Of a DNA stretch of 55,940 nt, positions 32,105 through 41,876 are shown piece after piece (position 1 is the first letter of the stretch; every line of letters begins with the position of its first letter). This DNA is from an uncultured Candidatus Actinomarina sp. (GTDB lineage Bacteria > Actinomycetota > Acidimicrobiia > Actinomarinales > Actinomarinaceae): positions 1 through 55,940 of the forward strand of contig CABXDL010000006.1 in NCBI GenBank assembly GCA_902510995.1, given 5' to 3'. Made by a program: the position numbers and the translations under genes. Under the pieces are notes generated by a model. The model was not told the DNA's origin and ran no database searches. It saw only the letters and a program-made list of their open reading frames with translations.

Positions 32105-32293
32105 TTAACTCAACAACTTTCTTATTTTTTTACTGTCACCCTTAGATGCTTCTACATCTCTTTTTAACCTTGCCCAAGTGTTACTACCTTTAGCTAATTT
32201 ATAGTGCGATGAATGTGATCTTCTTCTCATAAATTTTCCTGTTCCAGTAACTCTTATTCTTTTCTTCATTCCTTTATGTGTTCTATGTTTCAT
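32105..32293 (-). CDS. rpmI: 50S ribosomal protein L35
   Basis: TH.G..KR..VTGTGK; between infC and rplT. Confidence 0.95.
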   Translation of the reverse strand: MKHRTHKGMKKRIRVTGTGKFMRRRSHSSHYKLAKGSNTWARLKRDVEASKGDSKKIRKLLS

Positions 32294-32805
32294 TTTTTTA
32301 CTCCATTCGGTGCTAATACCATAGTTAAAGACTTACCATCAGGTTTTGAAGTTGATTCTATTTCAGATATATCACTTAATTCATCCTTAAACTTATCAAG
32401 TATTCTTTGTCCAAACTCAGGATGTTCTGCTTCTCTCCCTCTAAATCTCATTGTAAATTTAACTTTATCTCCTTCACTTAAAAACTTTTTTGATTGATTA
32501 AGTTTATTTTGAAAATCATGAGTATCAATCTTAGGTTTTAGTTGCATTTCTTTAACATTGATCTTTACTTGATTCTTTCTTGATGATTTTGCTTTTTGAG
32601 ATAATTCATATTTATATTTCCCATAATTCATAAGTCTTGCAACTGGAGGTTTACTTTCTGGAGAAACCTCAACCAAGTCTAAATCTAATTCTTCAGCTAC
32701 AATTATTGCTTTTTTTAATTCTAAAACTCCAATTTGAACACCATCAGGCGCTATAACTAGTAATTTTTTAGATTTGATATCATCATTTATATTAAGTTCC
32801 GGTAT
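32290..32805 (-). CDS. infC: Translation initiation factor IF-3, probable ATA start
   Basis: LDLVEVSP...PPVARLM.YGKYKYE; FRGRE; AAGGAG RBS 5 nt before ATA at 32805. Confidence 0.95.
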   Translation of the reverse strand: MPELNINDDIKSKKLLVIAPDGVQIGVLELKKAIIVAEELDLDLVEVSPESKPPVARLMNYGKYKYELSQKAKSSRKNQVKINVKEMQLKPKIDTHDFQNKLNQSKKFLSEGDKVKFTMRFRGREAEHPEFGQRILDKFKDELSDISEIESTSKPDGKSLTMVLAPNGVKK

Positions 32806-32820
32806 AAGTACTCCTTCCAT

Positions 32821-32900
32821 AAAAAAAACAGCACGAAGCTGTCTTACTTACTCCACTATTACACACAGTGGGTGGAACATTGTTCGCTTAATCAATTATA
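32821..32900 (-). promoter_or_regulatory. Structured infC-rpmI-rplT leader with terminator-like hairpin (candidate L20 autoregulatory element)
   Basis: TATAAT at 32895-32900; hairpins at 32875-32885 and 32853-32871; ACAGC-N5-GCTGT plus U-tract just before the RBS. Confidence 0.5.
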
Positions 32901-32917
32901 TCTTATAAAAAATAAAA

Positions 32918-33310
32918 TCAAGTAAATAATAAATTAATAGCTTTAGCGGCTTCAGACCCTTTGTTATTACTACCTTGAGAGCGATTTATTGCTTGTTCGA
33001 GATTGTGCACGTTCAATATACAGTTTGCAATATATACAGAGTTGCTTACTGATAAGTTAATAAGACCGTTTGCTACTGCACTTGATATGTATTCATAATG
33101 ATCAGTTTCACCTTTACAAATAACTCCAACAGCGATAAAAATATTGTATTCTTTTGATAGAGTATTAATTTTGTAGACTATATCCCAACTTCCTGGAACT
33201 TCAAATAGAGAAAGATCGAAAGCTTTGTCCATATCTTTATCGATACCTTTTAATAGATTCTCTATTATTTCTGGGTAATATCCTGAATGTACAATAGCTA
33301 CTTTATTCAT
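32918..33310 (-). CDS. ribH: 6,7-dimethyl-8-ribityllumazine synthase
   Basis: VPGSWDI; G.I.KGETDHYEYI; NKG.EAA. Confidence 0.93.
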   Translation of the reverse strand: MNKVAIVHSGYYPEIIENLLKGIDKDMDKAFDLSLFEVPGSWDIVYKINTLSKEYNIFIAVGVICKGETDHYEYISSAVANGLINLSVSNSVYIANCILNVHNLEQAINRSQGSNNKGSEAAKAINLLFT

Positions 33311-34505
33311 CTTTAAAATTATGACCCATTTTTTGTTGTTTAGTATCTAAATATGACTCGTTTTCTTTAGTTTTATTACCAATGAGTGAGGTACGTTTTG
33401 TAATGTTTAAACCGAAACCTTCTAGGCCAGCTCTTTTTGATGGGTTATTAGTTAAAATATTCATATTATTAATACCTAAATCTCGTAAAATTAAAGCACC
33501 GGTACCATAGTCACGTTGGTCCATTTTAAATCCTAATTTTAAATTAGCATCAACTGTATCTTCTCCATCATCTTGCAAAGAATAAGCTTTTATTTTATTA
33601 CCTAAGCCTATACCCCTGCCTTCATGACCTCTCATATAAAGTAATACTCCAGATCCATTTTCTGTTATAGCTTTAAAAGCGTTTTCTAATTGCGAGCCAC
33701 AATCACACTTATTAGAAAATAATACATCTCCAGTCAGGCATTCTGAATGAACCCTAACCATTGTTTCATTATTTTCAAGATAGTCATTAAAAGTTAGCGC
33801 TATATGTTCAGTGTTATCTAAATTATCTTTATATACATGAGCAGTAAAATCACCATATGCAGTTGGTACTTTTGCTTTTGAAACAAAAGATACCATATCA
33901 GTCTTGTTGATTCTGTATTCAATTAAATCTTTTATTGTTCCAATAGGTAAATTATGCTCTTTTGAAAATTTTATCAAATCATCATAACGTGCCATAGAGC
34001 CGTCTTCATTAATTATTTCACATATTACTGCAACTGGATAGTGGTCTGCTAGTTTACATAAATCAATAGCAGCCTCTGTATGTCCCGCTCTACGCAAAAC
34101 TCCTCCGTCCATAGATTGAAGTGGAAAAATATGTCCAGGTACATTAAAATTTTTTCTAGTTGAATTTTCATTACACAGACCTTTTATAGTTTTATATCTA
34201 TCTTCAGCAGAGATGCCAGTAGTGACCCCATCTCCTTTTAAATCTACTGAAGCAGTAAATTGAGTCTCAGTTTCATTATTGACGCCTAACATTAATGATA
34301 AATCTAATTTTTGAGATATTTCTGTAGCAATAGGTGCGCAAACTAGTCCTTTACCTTTAGTAATCATAAAATTTATATGATCAGGAGTTAAATATTCTGA
34401 AGATACTACAAGATCTCCTTCATTTTCTCTTTCTTCATCATCAATAAGGATGATCATTTCTCCAGATTTAAATTTACTTATTATTGTTTCAATATCAGTT
34501 ATCAT
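33303..34505 (-). CDS. ribBA: Bifunctional DHBP synthase / GTP cyclohydrolase II
   Basis: DDEERENEGD; RAGHTEA; RVHSECLTGD...CDCG; EGRGIGL. Confidence 0.97.
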   Translation of the reverse strand: MITDIETIISKFKSGEMIILIDDEERENEGDLVVSSEYLTPDHINFMITKGKGLVCAPIATEISQKLDLSLMLGVNNETETQFTASVDLKGDGVTTGISAEDRYKTIKGLCNENSTRKNFNVPGHIFPLQSMDGGVLRRAGHTEAAIDLCKLADHYPVAVICEIINEDGSMARYDDLIKFSKEHNLPIGTIKDLIEYRINKTDMVSFVSKAKVPTAYGDFTAHVYKDNLDNTEHIALTFNDYLENNETMVRVHSECLTGDVLFSNKCDCGSQLENAFKAITENGSGVLLYMRGHEGRGIGLGNKIKAYSLQDDGEDTVDANLKLGFKMDQRDYGTGALILRDLGINNMNILTNNPSKRAGLEGFGLNITKRTSLIGNKTKENESYLDTKQQKMGHNFKDE

Positions 34506-35073
34506 TTATTAATCTTTCAACATATTTAGATAAAATATCATATTCAATATTAACTTGAGTACCGGCTTCTAAGTATTGAAAATTTGTTCTTTTGTAGGTT
34601 TCTTCAATTACAGCAATAGTAAATTCACTTTTATCAGGTTTGTTTGTAGTTAGGGATACACCGTTTATTGCTACAGATCCTTTATCTACTAAATATTTAG
34701 AATTGTTACTTGAAAATATAAATTCCCAAAGATTATTTTCTTGTTCAATTACATCGATGACTTTAGCCACTTCATCAACGTGACCTTGCACTATATGACC
34801 ACTTAGGAAATCGTTAGCTGTTACTGGAGTTTCTAAATTAACGTAAGAATCTACTTTATAATATTTAATAATACTTCTATTTATACTTTCGTTTGAAATT
34901 TGAAAGTTAATGTTATCGTTTTCTAGAGATGTTAAGGTTAGACATACTCCGTCAACAGAAACGCTAGTTCCAGTATCGATATTTTTAAATAGTTTATTTT
35001 CTGTATTAACAGATAATAAATTGTCACTAACACTTGTAACAATACCTATATTATTAATTATTCCTGTAAACAT
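34495..35073 (-). CDS. ribE: Riboflavin synthase (alpha)
   Basis: MFTGI; GVCLT; GHIVQGHVD; KGSVAINGVSLT. Confidence 0.96.
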   Translation of the reverse strand: MFTGIINNIGIVTSVSDNLLSVNTENKLFKNIDTGTSVSVDGVCLTLTSLENDNINFQISNESINRSIIKYYKVDSYVNLETPVTANDFLSGHIVQGHVDEVAKVIDVIEQENNLWEFIFSSNNSKYLVDKGSVAINGVSLTTNKPDKSEFTIAVIEETYKRTNFQYLEAGTQVNIEYDILSKYVERLINDN

Positions 35074-36089
35074 TATTTTCTAGTATAAATAACTAAATCA
35101 TTATCTTTAAGAAGAAATTTATTCTCTTCTTTATACTCTTTGTTAAATACATTTTGACTTAAATAGTTCATAGATAGACCTTTGTTAACAATATTTTGTG
35201 AACGAAATTCATAAAATTTAAGATATTTATTATTAGCAAATAACAATTCATGTACGTATTTACCACCCTCTACAAGAACTGATCTACAGTTATTTTTAAT
35301 TAAAATATCTTCTAATTCTTGTAAGGAATTTGACTCAATGAATGTATATTGATTTAATTTATCATTTTTGTTAATTTCATTAGGTACTTTTGATCCCCAC
35401 CAAACAAATTTTAATGGACTGTTTGTAGTTTCTTTTAACTCAGCATTCCTAATATTTAAAATTGGATTGTCTATAATAAATGTATTTTTACCAACCAATA
35501 TAGCATCAACTGTAGCTCTTAAAATATGTGAAATATCTAAAGATATATCATTCGTTATGTACTTATTTTTAGATTCAGAATCATATATATAATTGTTACC
35601 TGATATACCAATTTTTCCTATGTAAGTTAAAGGATTAGATTTACTTATATTTTTATAATATGGATTAAGTAAGTCATTTACACCTGTTTCAACTGTAATA
35701 TTTATTCCGTTATTTTTTAGAAGCTTGATACTTTTGCCAAATGTTCTTGAGTCTACATCAACATCTCCTATAATCACATTTTTGATATTTGTATTAATTA
35801 ATTCTTTAGCACATGAGGGAGAAGTATCGTCATGGTAACACGGTTCTAAAGTGATATATAGATAATCACTATCTTCTAACTGAGTCTGTTTAATTAATGC
35901 AACTTCAGCATGATCTAGACCTTTTTGTACATGATAAGATTTATTTTTTAAATTCATATTTTTATCGAATAAAGCAGCACCAACCTTTGGATTAGGAAAG
36001 GGATTGCTCTTTAATGCTTCTATAGCAGCAATGGTCATACCCTTAGAGATTTTTAAATAATTTAAGTTGTTAACCAAAAATTGCTCCAC
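35073..36089 (-). CDS. ribD: Riboflavin deaminase/reductase RibD
   Basis: PNP.VGA; HAE; TLEPC..H....PSC; VEGG; exact start uncertain. Confidence 0.9.
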   Translation of the reverse strand: MEQFLVNNLNYLKISKGMTIAAIEALKSNPFPNPKVGAALFDKNMNLKNKSYHVQKGLDHAEVALIKQTQLEDSDYLYITLEPCYHDDTSPSCAKELINTNIKNVIIGDVDVDSRTFGKSIKLLKNNGINITVETGVNDLLNPYYKNISKSNPLTYIGKIGISGNNYIYDSESKNKYITNDISLDISHILRATVDAILVGKNTFIIDNPILNIRNAELKETTNSPLKFVWWGSKVPNEINKNDKLNQYTFIESNSLQELEDILIKNNCRSVLVEGGKYVHELLFANNKYLKFYEFRSQNIVNKGLSMNYLSQNVFNKEYKEENKFLLKDNDLVIYTRK

Positions 36090-36681
36090 CTTGTACTGAT
36101 ATATCTACATTAAGTTCTTTTAGTTCTTCTAACATACTATCTGTAACGCCGCCATCCACCACAATTTCACCTTCATAGTTTGGAAATAATAGTTTAAATT
36201 CCTTAACTCTCTCTACTGGAGAGATAATAGGATTCTGATTTGAAAATCCAGGTTCTACACAAAGTAATAAAATATACTGAATACTAAATTTTTCATTATA
36301 AATAAAACTTTTTAAGATATTTAAATCAGAAGAGCCCAAAACACCGACACCTGTTTCGATATTGCTTTGTTTACTCATTTCAGTTAGAAATTTATTAATT
36401 GAATTTGATTCAACATGAAGTGATGCTTTTGTAATATTGCTTTTATTGTTTAATAGGTTGTTTAAAAGCTCTGGAAAATCATTAGTCATAAAATGCATAT
36501 CAATTAGTAAATCAATATCTTCTAAGAGTTTATATACAATTTCATGTGAGATTCCATATGTTGGACAAAAATCATTATCACCTATGTCTACATGAACATA
36601 GTCGTATTTATCTTTTTTAATTTTAAGATCTTCCAATACAGTTAGTTGATCTGCAGCTAATATGCTTGCTGAAATTTTCAT
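36070..36681 (-). CDS. rpe: Ribulose-phosphate 3-epimerase
   Basis: SASILAAD; HVD; D.H.M; V.PGF; VDGG. Confidence 0.92.
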   Translation of the reverse strand: MKISASILAADQLTVLEDLKIKKDKYDYVHVDIGDNDFCPTYGISHEIVYKLLEDIDLLIDMHFMTNDFPELLNNLLNNKSNITKASLHVESNSINKFLTEMSKQSNIETGVGVLGSSDLNILKSFIYNEKFSIQYILLLCVEPGFSNQNPIISPVERVKEFKLLFPNYEGEIVVDGGVTDSMLEELKELNVDISVQGGAIFG

Positions 36682-37493
36682 CTAATACCTCTTATGTAGT
36701 CTGCTACAGGCATTCTATTTTTACCCTCAGGAGTTATTTCAATTGGATAAATAAAACCATCTAGAAGTTTAAAATCTAAACCTTTGGTTTCGAAACCATA
36801 TTTATGGATTTTATAAACTTTATTATTATGAACATAATATGCGGGGCCGATTACATCAAATGCTTTAATTTTTTGTAAGGCTACTTCAATAGGGTCATTA
36901 TTTATGCATAAATCTTTTTTTTCAAATTTTTTAGTAAAATTTTCATTAGTATTCTTCTGATTTACTAAAAGATTTGAACTTTTAATTATTTCATCGTAAG
37001 AACTTATAAAATCTTTATAAATAAAGTTATATACATCAGATGCGTAGTGAGTTTCTAATAAGTTTATTTCTTTAGAGAACATTACTGGTCCTGCATCAAC
37101 GTACTTATTAATTTTGAATATTGTATAACCAGTTTTATTTTCACTATTTAAAATTTGTGTTTCAACAGGTGAGGGTCCTTTATATTTTGGCAGTAAACTT
37201 AAATGTAGGTTATAAATATCTTTGTTATTGTTCAAAAAATTATCACTAAAGATACTTTTAAAACTCACACAAAAAGCATTTAACATATCTTCATATATGT
37301 CGTTTTGATTGAAATATTTAAAATTGATATTGTTTTTTATACTGAATAATTCAATATCGTTTTGTTTCAATTTCTTTCCTCTACCTGCTTCTACAGGTGC
37401 TGTTGTAACTACGGTTATATTTTTATTTTTTTTATGTAAAAATTTAAGATAGTTAATACTTCTTTCATCAGAACCAAAAAAATAATTAAACAT
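36678..37493 (-). CDS. fmt: Methionyl-tRNA formyltransferase
   Basis: GRGKKL; NLH.SLLPKY.G.SP; DAG; PEGK..M; ATG 37493 preferred as start. Confidence 0.9.
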   Translation of the reverse strand: MFNYFFGSDERSINYLKFLHKKNKNITVVTTAPVEAGRGKKLKQNDIELFSIKNNINFKYFNQNDIYEDMLNAFCVSFKSIFSDNFLNNNKDIYNLHLSLLPKYKGPSPVETQILNSENKTGYTIFKINKYVDAGPVMFSKEINLLETHYASDVYNFIYKDFISSYDEIIKSSNLLVNQKNTNENFTKKFEKKDLCINNDPIEVALQKIKAFDVIGPAYYVHNNKVYKIHKYGFETKGLDFKLLDGFIYPIEITPEGKNRMPVADYIRGIR

Positions 37494-37980
37494 CTTTACC
37501 TGGAAATCCATTTAAAGAAATATCTTTCAAAGCTTGTTTACGTGTTTTTCTATCTAGAGATGTAAGCAAAACTTTACCTTTTAAATGATCTAATTCATGC
37601 TGAAGTACCCTGCCAAGGAGGTCATCCCCTTCATAATGTATATTATTGCCTTGTAAGTCAAAACATTCTATTTTTGCATACTCTGGTCTTGAAATCTCCC
37701 AATAATATCCTGGTAATGAAAGACAACCTTCAAGAAAGTTAATTTTGCCTTTCTTCTTAATTGATTTTGGATTAACAGCTATATTTGGACCATCACCAAC
37801 ATCGAATACGAAAACATTTTTATTAATCCCTATTTGAGGAGCTGCTAAACCCACACCGGGAGCAGCGTACATAATTTCCAACATCATGTCTGTAAGGTTT
37901 TTTAACTCGTCATCAAAAGAAGTAACGTTAATAGATTTTATCTTTAATGAAGGATGTCCAAATGTAACAATGTCTAACAT
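37486..37980 (-). CDS. def: Peptide deformylase
   Basis: GVGLAAPQIG; EGCLS; QHELDHL. Confidence 0.98.
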   Translation of the reverse strand: MLDIVTFGHPSLKIKSINVTSFDDELKNLTDMMLEIMYAAPGVGLAAPQIGINKNVFVFDVGDGPNIAVNPKSIKKKGKINFLEGCLSLPGYYWEISRPEYAKIECFDLQGNNIHYEGDDLLGRVLQHELDHLKGKVLLTSLDRKTRKQALKDISLNGFPGKDV

Positions 37981-37981
37981 T

Positions 37982-39349
37982 TCAAATATTCCTTATTTTT
38001 ATTGGTTCAAACTTACTTACATCAGAAAATAAACTCATTATCTTATTGTAATTAAGATTATTACTTAAAATTAATCTGATTTCATACTCAAATAAATCAT
38101 TACTATTTTTAGGACCTAATATATAATCATTAAAATTTTCATTAATATATTCATCTTTTGTTGCAAAAGAGAAAACTTTAGTATTTATATTTGGGCCATA
38201 ATCAATACGTTCTTGTATCTCTTTACGTGCCAATTTTTTAATATTGTTTATAGATAATAAATCATTAATATTTTGTTCTTTAGTAGATATTATTGTAACT
38301 TCAATGTCATTTTTTTTACAAAATTCTAACTGCTTTAATAAAGATATTAATCTTAATGAGTTAAGTGTTCTGTTGGTTGATATTTTAGGATTAAATAGTA
38401 TAAACATATTATTGTCTTTTTCATCAAAATGATTTGAGAAATTAAAATCAGAAAGAATATTTTTTACTATATCAGAAAATGTAAATGGTTTTGTAAGACT
38501 ACTATCAAATTTAGTTCGAAACATATTGATACATTCTTCTAGATTATTTCCATATAAGTAAGTTATTTTATTATTGATATCTATTTTATTAACATGTTTA
38601 ATAGAGTTAAAAACATCAAGCGCTGGAAATTTGTTATAAAATATAAAATTTCCACCAAAGGTCATATTCTTATAAACTGCTAATTCCACAATGTTCATAG
38701 AATTTAACTTAGGAAGGTTAAATGCTTTGTTATTTGTGTCATAAAAGTGAAAAATAGTTTCATCTTCGACCTCAAAATAGTTGAAATTGTTAGAAAGAAT
38801 AATTATGTTTTTAACTTTCAGTTTATTGGACAATATTTTTTCAATCTCATTTCTACCACCAGTTTTTTGAAAAAAGTCTATTTGTATATTTTCTTCGCTT
38901 AACTTATTATTTAATTTCATGCATTGTTCTAAGGAAGAAACTATAAATATATTTTTATGATTATCTGAAACGTTATCATTCAAAGTTTCTAATTCCATTA
39001 GTTTGTATTTTTTGTCATTAATTTTCTCTTGTGTTATGAAAGTAGTTAAATTGAATATATTATAAAGCAACATGCCAATGTTAAGATAATTTGAAATCGC
39101 AACTATTTTTATATAATCAAATTGTTCTTTAGATAAGTTGCATAACAATTTCTTAACTTCATTAGTTCTTATATTATTTGATAATTTAACGTTAATTTCA
39201 ACAACAACTGCATTATATTTTTTATTTCTAAATATAATTTCTATGATTGAACCTATGTCTATTTTATTTATAAATTTTTTAGGAACCTTATAGGTAAATT
39301 GAACAAAGTTATACGTATTGTTATAGATTAATTCAACATTGATATACAC
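37982..39349 (-). CDS. priA: Highly degenerate PriA-like protein
   Basis: N-terminal FTYKVP.....GS...I.FR 3'-DNA-binding domain pattern; ER....GP near C-terminus; position coaBC-X-def. Confidence 0.6.
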   Translation of the reverse strand: MYINVELIYNNTYNFVQFTYKVPKKFINKIDIGSIIEIIFRNKKYNAVVVEINVKLSNNIRTNEVKKLLCNLSKEQFDYIKIVAISNYLNIGMLLYNIFNLTTFITQEKINDKKYKLMELETLNDNVSDNHKNIFIVSSLEQCMKLNNKLSEENIQIDFFQKTGGRNEIEKILSNKLKVKNIIILSNNFNYFEVEDETIFHFYDTNNKAFNLPKLNSMNIVELAVYKNMTFGGNFIFYNKFPALDVFNSIKHVNKIDINNKITYLYGNNLEECINMFRTKFDSSLTKPFTFSDIVKNILSDFNFSNHFDEKDNNMFILFNPKISTNRTLNSLRLISLLKQLEFCKKNDIEVTIISTKEQNINDLLSINNIKKLARKEIQERIDYGPNINTKVFSFATKDEYINENFNDYILGPKNSNDLFEYEIRLILSNNLNYNKIMSLFSDVSKFEPIKIRNI

Positions 39350-39354
39350 AATAT

Positions 39355-40464
39355 TTAGAAAGTATTATTGATAATATGCTTAGCAATTATATATTTATTT
39401 TCATTATCAGATTCATATATTAATTTGTTATGATCAATTATTAAAATTTTATTGTTATCTGATCCAAAATCATTTGTCTGAAGGTTATTTATTACAAGAA
39501 AGTCACTATTTTTATCAGATATCTTTTCGTAATTTAAATCGTTATTTAATTGTGCAGAGAAAGCTATCACTTTAATGTCCTTATGTTTTTCTTTAATTGA
39601 TTTAATAATATCAATGTTGGGTGACAATTTTATATTTATCTCGCCATCCTTTCTGTTCAATTTTCCTTTGTGTTTTTCAGGTATGAAGTCAGATACAGCT
39701 GATGTCATATATATTTTTGTAACATTTTCAATATTATTTAGAATTTCATTATTTAAATCATTAGAAGAGATGTATTTAACGTTATTGGAATGAGGTACGG
39801 GATCAATTTTATCAGAATGAATATATGTTACTTCAAATCCTCTTGATAGGAGTTCAAAAGCTATTGCCCTACCCTGTTTTCCACTTGATGAATTTGTAAT
39901 ACCTCTTACGGAATCAATTTTCTCATAAGTAGGCCCAGCAGTAACAATTACCTTTTCATTATTACCATTTATAATTTCAAGAACTTCAGTAGGTTCTAAA
40001 AGCCTTCCTAACCCCTGATCACCAATATCTAAATTCCCATATCGTGGTCCACAAAAAATATGTTTGCTTGCTAATTTTGTGATATTAGTTTGTGTTTGTT
40101 TATTTAAATACATCTCTTCATGCATCGCTGGTGATATATAGATACTTTTTTTGTACATAAGCATTGTTGATAAAAGTAAATCATCAGAAATACCACTATT
40201 TAATTTTGCAATAAAATTTGCTGTTGCTGGATATATTATAACTTTGTCAGCCCATCGTGATAATTCAATATGTGGAGAACCAGGATAATCTTCCCAGGAA
40301 GATAAAACATTATGGTTAGTTATAAAACTTTTGCTTAAATATTTAAGACCCTCAATAGTTGAAATGATTTTAATATTATAAGAATCTATAAGTAACGAAT
40401 GTAGTTCCTCTGTTTTTGAAGCAGCAATACTACCTGTTACACCAAGCAGTAAATTCTTTTTCAT
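39355..40464 (-). CDS. coaBC: Phosphopantothenoylcysteine decarboxylase/ligase
   Basis: GVTGSIAA; HIEL; PATAN; PAMH..M; TAGPT.E.ID.VR.ITN.SSGKQG. Confidence 0.95.
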   Translation of the reverse strand: MKKNLLLGVTGSIAASKTEELHSLLIDSYNIKIISTIEGLKYLSKSFITNHNVLSSWEDYPGSPHIELSRWADKVIIYPATANFIAKLNSGISDDLLLSTMLMYKKSIYISPAMHEEMYLNKQTQTNITKLASKHIFCGPRYGNLDIGDQGLGRLLEPTEVLEIINGNNEKVIVTAGPTYEKIDSVRGITNSSSGKQGRAIAFELLSRGFEVTYIHSDKIDPVPHSNNVKYISSNDLNNEILNNIENVTKIYMTSAVSDFIPEKHKGKLNRKDGEINIKLSPNIDIIKSIKEKHKDIKVIAFSAQLNNDLNYEKISDKNSDFLVINNLQTNDFGSDNNKILIIDHNKLIYESDNENKYIIAKHIINNTF

Positions 40465-40470
40465 TAGGAC

Positions 40471-40698
40471 TTACTCTTTTTCTGAAACCTCAACCTTACC
40501 GGCAGCTATTTCCTCAAAAGATATTGTTAATGGTTTTCTACTTAAACTTTGCACTTGAGGAGGTGTATAAGCACCAATACCTTCACCCAACTGATTAAAA
40601 TATGAGTTAATATCCTTAGCTCTTCTTGCAGAAGCAATAACTAAAGCAAATCTTCCTGGTGTCTTATCTAACAATTCTTCAATAGGTGGTTTTATCAT
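40471..40698 (-). CDS. rpoZ: RNA polymerase omega subunit
   Basis: PPIEELL....RFALVI..ARRA..IN.Y; KPL.I...EI. Confidence 0.95.
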   Translation of the reverse strand: MIKPPIEELLDKTPGRFALVIASARRAKDINSYFNQLGEGIGAYTPPQVQSLSRKPLTISFEEIAAGKVEVSEKE

Positions 40699-41228
40699 GA
40701 TTCCTCTAAGTTACATATTATATCAAGAATATTATTAACAGTAGTATTAATATCAACATTCTTAACTATATAATCGAAATCATTTATTCTACTACGTTGT
40801 TCATTTGCTAAAGCCATTCTTTTATCGATAAATATTTCATCATGACCTCTTTCTTTTAATCTTTTAATTAATTCTTTATTTTCTATGTCAATAAAAATAC
40901 CTACGAAATGCTTATTGTTGTTTAAAAGCTTAGTAGCACCATTAACTTCAACATCTAAAACTATTATTGAGTTTTTATTTTCTAATTGATTTTTACCAGT
41001 TCCGTAATAATCTGTTCCGTATTTTTCGTATTCTATAAAAAATTCTTCAGAAATTAGCTCTTTAAATTGATCAGTAGTTACAAAGAAATAATCTTGACCT
41101 TCAATCTCATTATGACGTTTTTCTCTAGTTGTATGTGAAATAGAGAAGTATAATTCATGTTCTTTTATTAATTCATTAATTATTGTTGACTTGCCAACTC
41201 CTGAGGGACCGCTAAATATAATTATCAT
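40695..41228 (-). CDS. gmk: Guanylate kinase
   Basis: GPSGVGKST; SHTTR..R..E..G.DYFF; YYGT. Confidence 0.96.
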   Translation of the reverse strand: MIIIFSGPSGVGKSTIINELIKEHELYFSISHTTREKRHNEIEGQDYFFVTTDQFKELISEEFFIEYEKYGTDYYGTGKNQLENKNSIIVLDVEVNGATKLLNNNKHFVGIFIDIENKELIKRLKERGHDEIFIDKRMALANEQRSRINDFDYIVKNVDINTTVNNILDIICNLEES

Positions 41229-41518
41229 TTTTCACTACAGTATTTGGCTATTTTAATAATTAAATCGTCGTTAAGTTCTGATATTTTAAAAGTTTCATTT
41301 AAACCAATTGATTTTAAGTATCTTGCAGTGTTGACTTTTCCAAGCTTTTTATTGTTTGTGAGATATTTATGCAATCTAATTGAATTTAATTTATTATTGT
41401 TAACTGCTTGTGTTAGTGATTCAAATACAGATTCATATTTTATATCAAAATTTTCTAAAAAGTTATTGCGTAAATTTTTAATATTATTTACGTTGATTAA
41501 TATCTCTTTATAATTCAT
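41225..41518 (-). CDS. mihF: Actinobacterial integration host factor (mIHF/sIHF)-like protein, divergent
   Basis: L......LGKV.....L..IG......I..L H2TH-like pattern; immediately upstream of gmk as in Actinobacteria. Confidence 0.6.
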   Translation of the reverse strand: MNYKEILINVNNIKNLRNNFLENFDIKYESVFESLTQAVNNNKLNSIRLHKYLTNNKKLGKVNTARYLKSIGLNETFKISELNDDLIIKIAKYCSEK

Positions 41519-41876
41519 TACTTATCTTATCTAATATACCATTTACAAATTTTGCACCATTTGATGATGAGTGAGTGTCAGTTATCTTTACCCATTCTGA
41601 TATGATCACTTTATTAGGTGTTAAATTCATTATTAATTCTGAAATACCTAATTTTAATGATATTAATTCTACTTTACCTATCCTGTCGTAACTCCAGTTT
41701 TCAGAGTATGTTTCAATAGAGTTATCGATTCTTTCAATATTTTCCTTTGTGTTTAAAATTAACTGATCAGCTCTTAAAGTTTGATTTTCATTTAGTAAAT
41801 TTTTGTCAATTTCTATATCATTTAAATCTTTATTAAAAAATTCTTGAAAACAAAGGTGTCTAAAATCTTTAATCAT
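41508..41876 (-). CDS. nusB: Transcription antitermination factor NusB
   Basis: ID..I......WS.DRI; P.KVII.E; FVNGILD; follows efp. Confidence 0.92.
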   Translation of the reverse strand: MIKDFRHLCFQEFFNKDLNDIEIDKNLLNENQTLRADQLILNTKENIERIDNSIETYSENWSYDRIGKVELISLKLGISELIMNLTPNKVIISEWVKITDTHSSSNGAKFVNGILDKISNEL

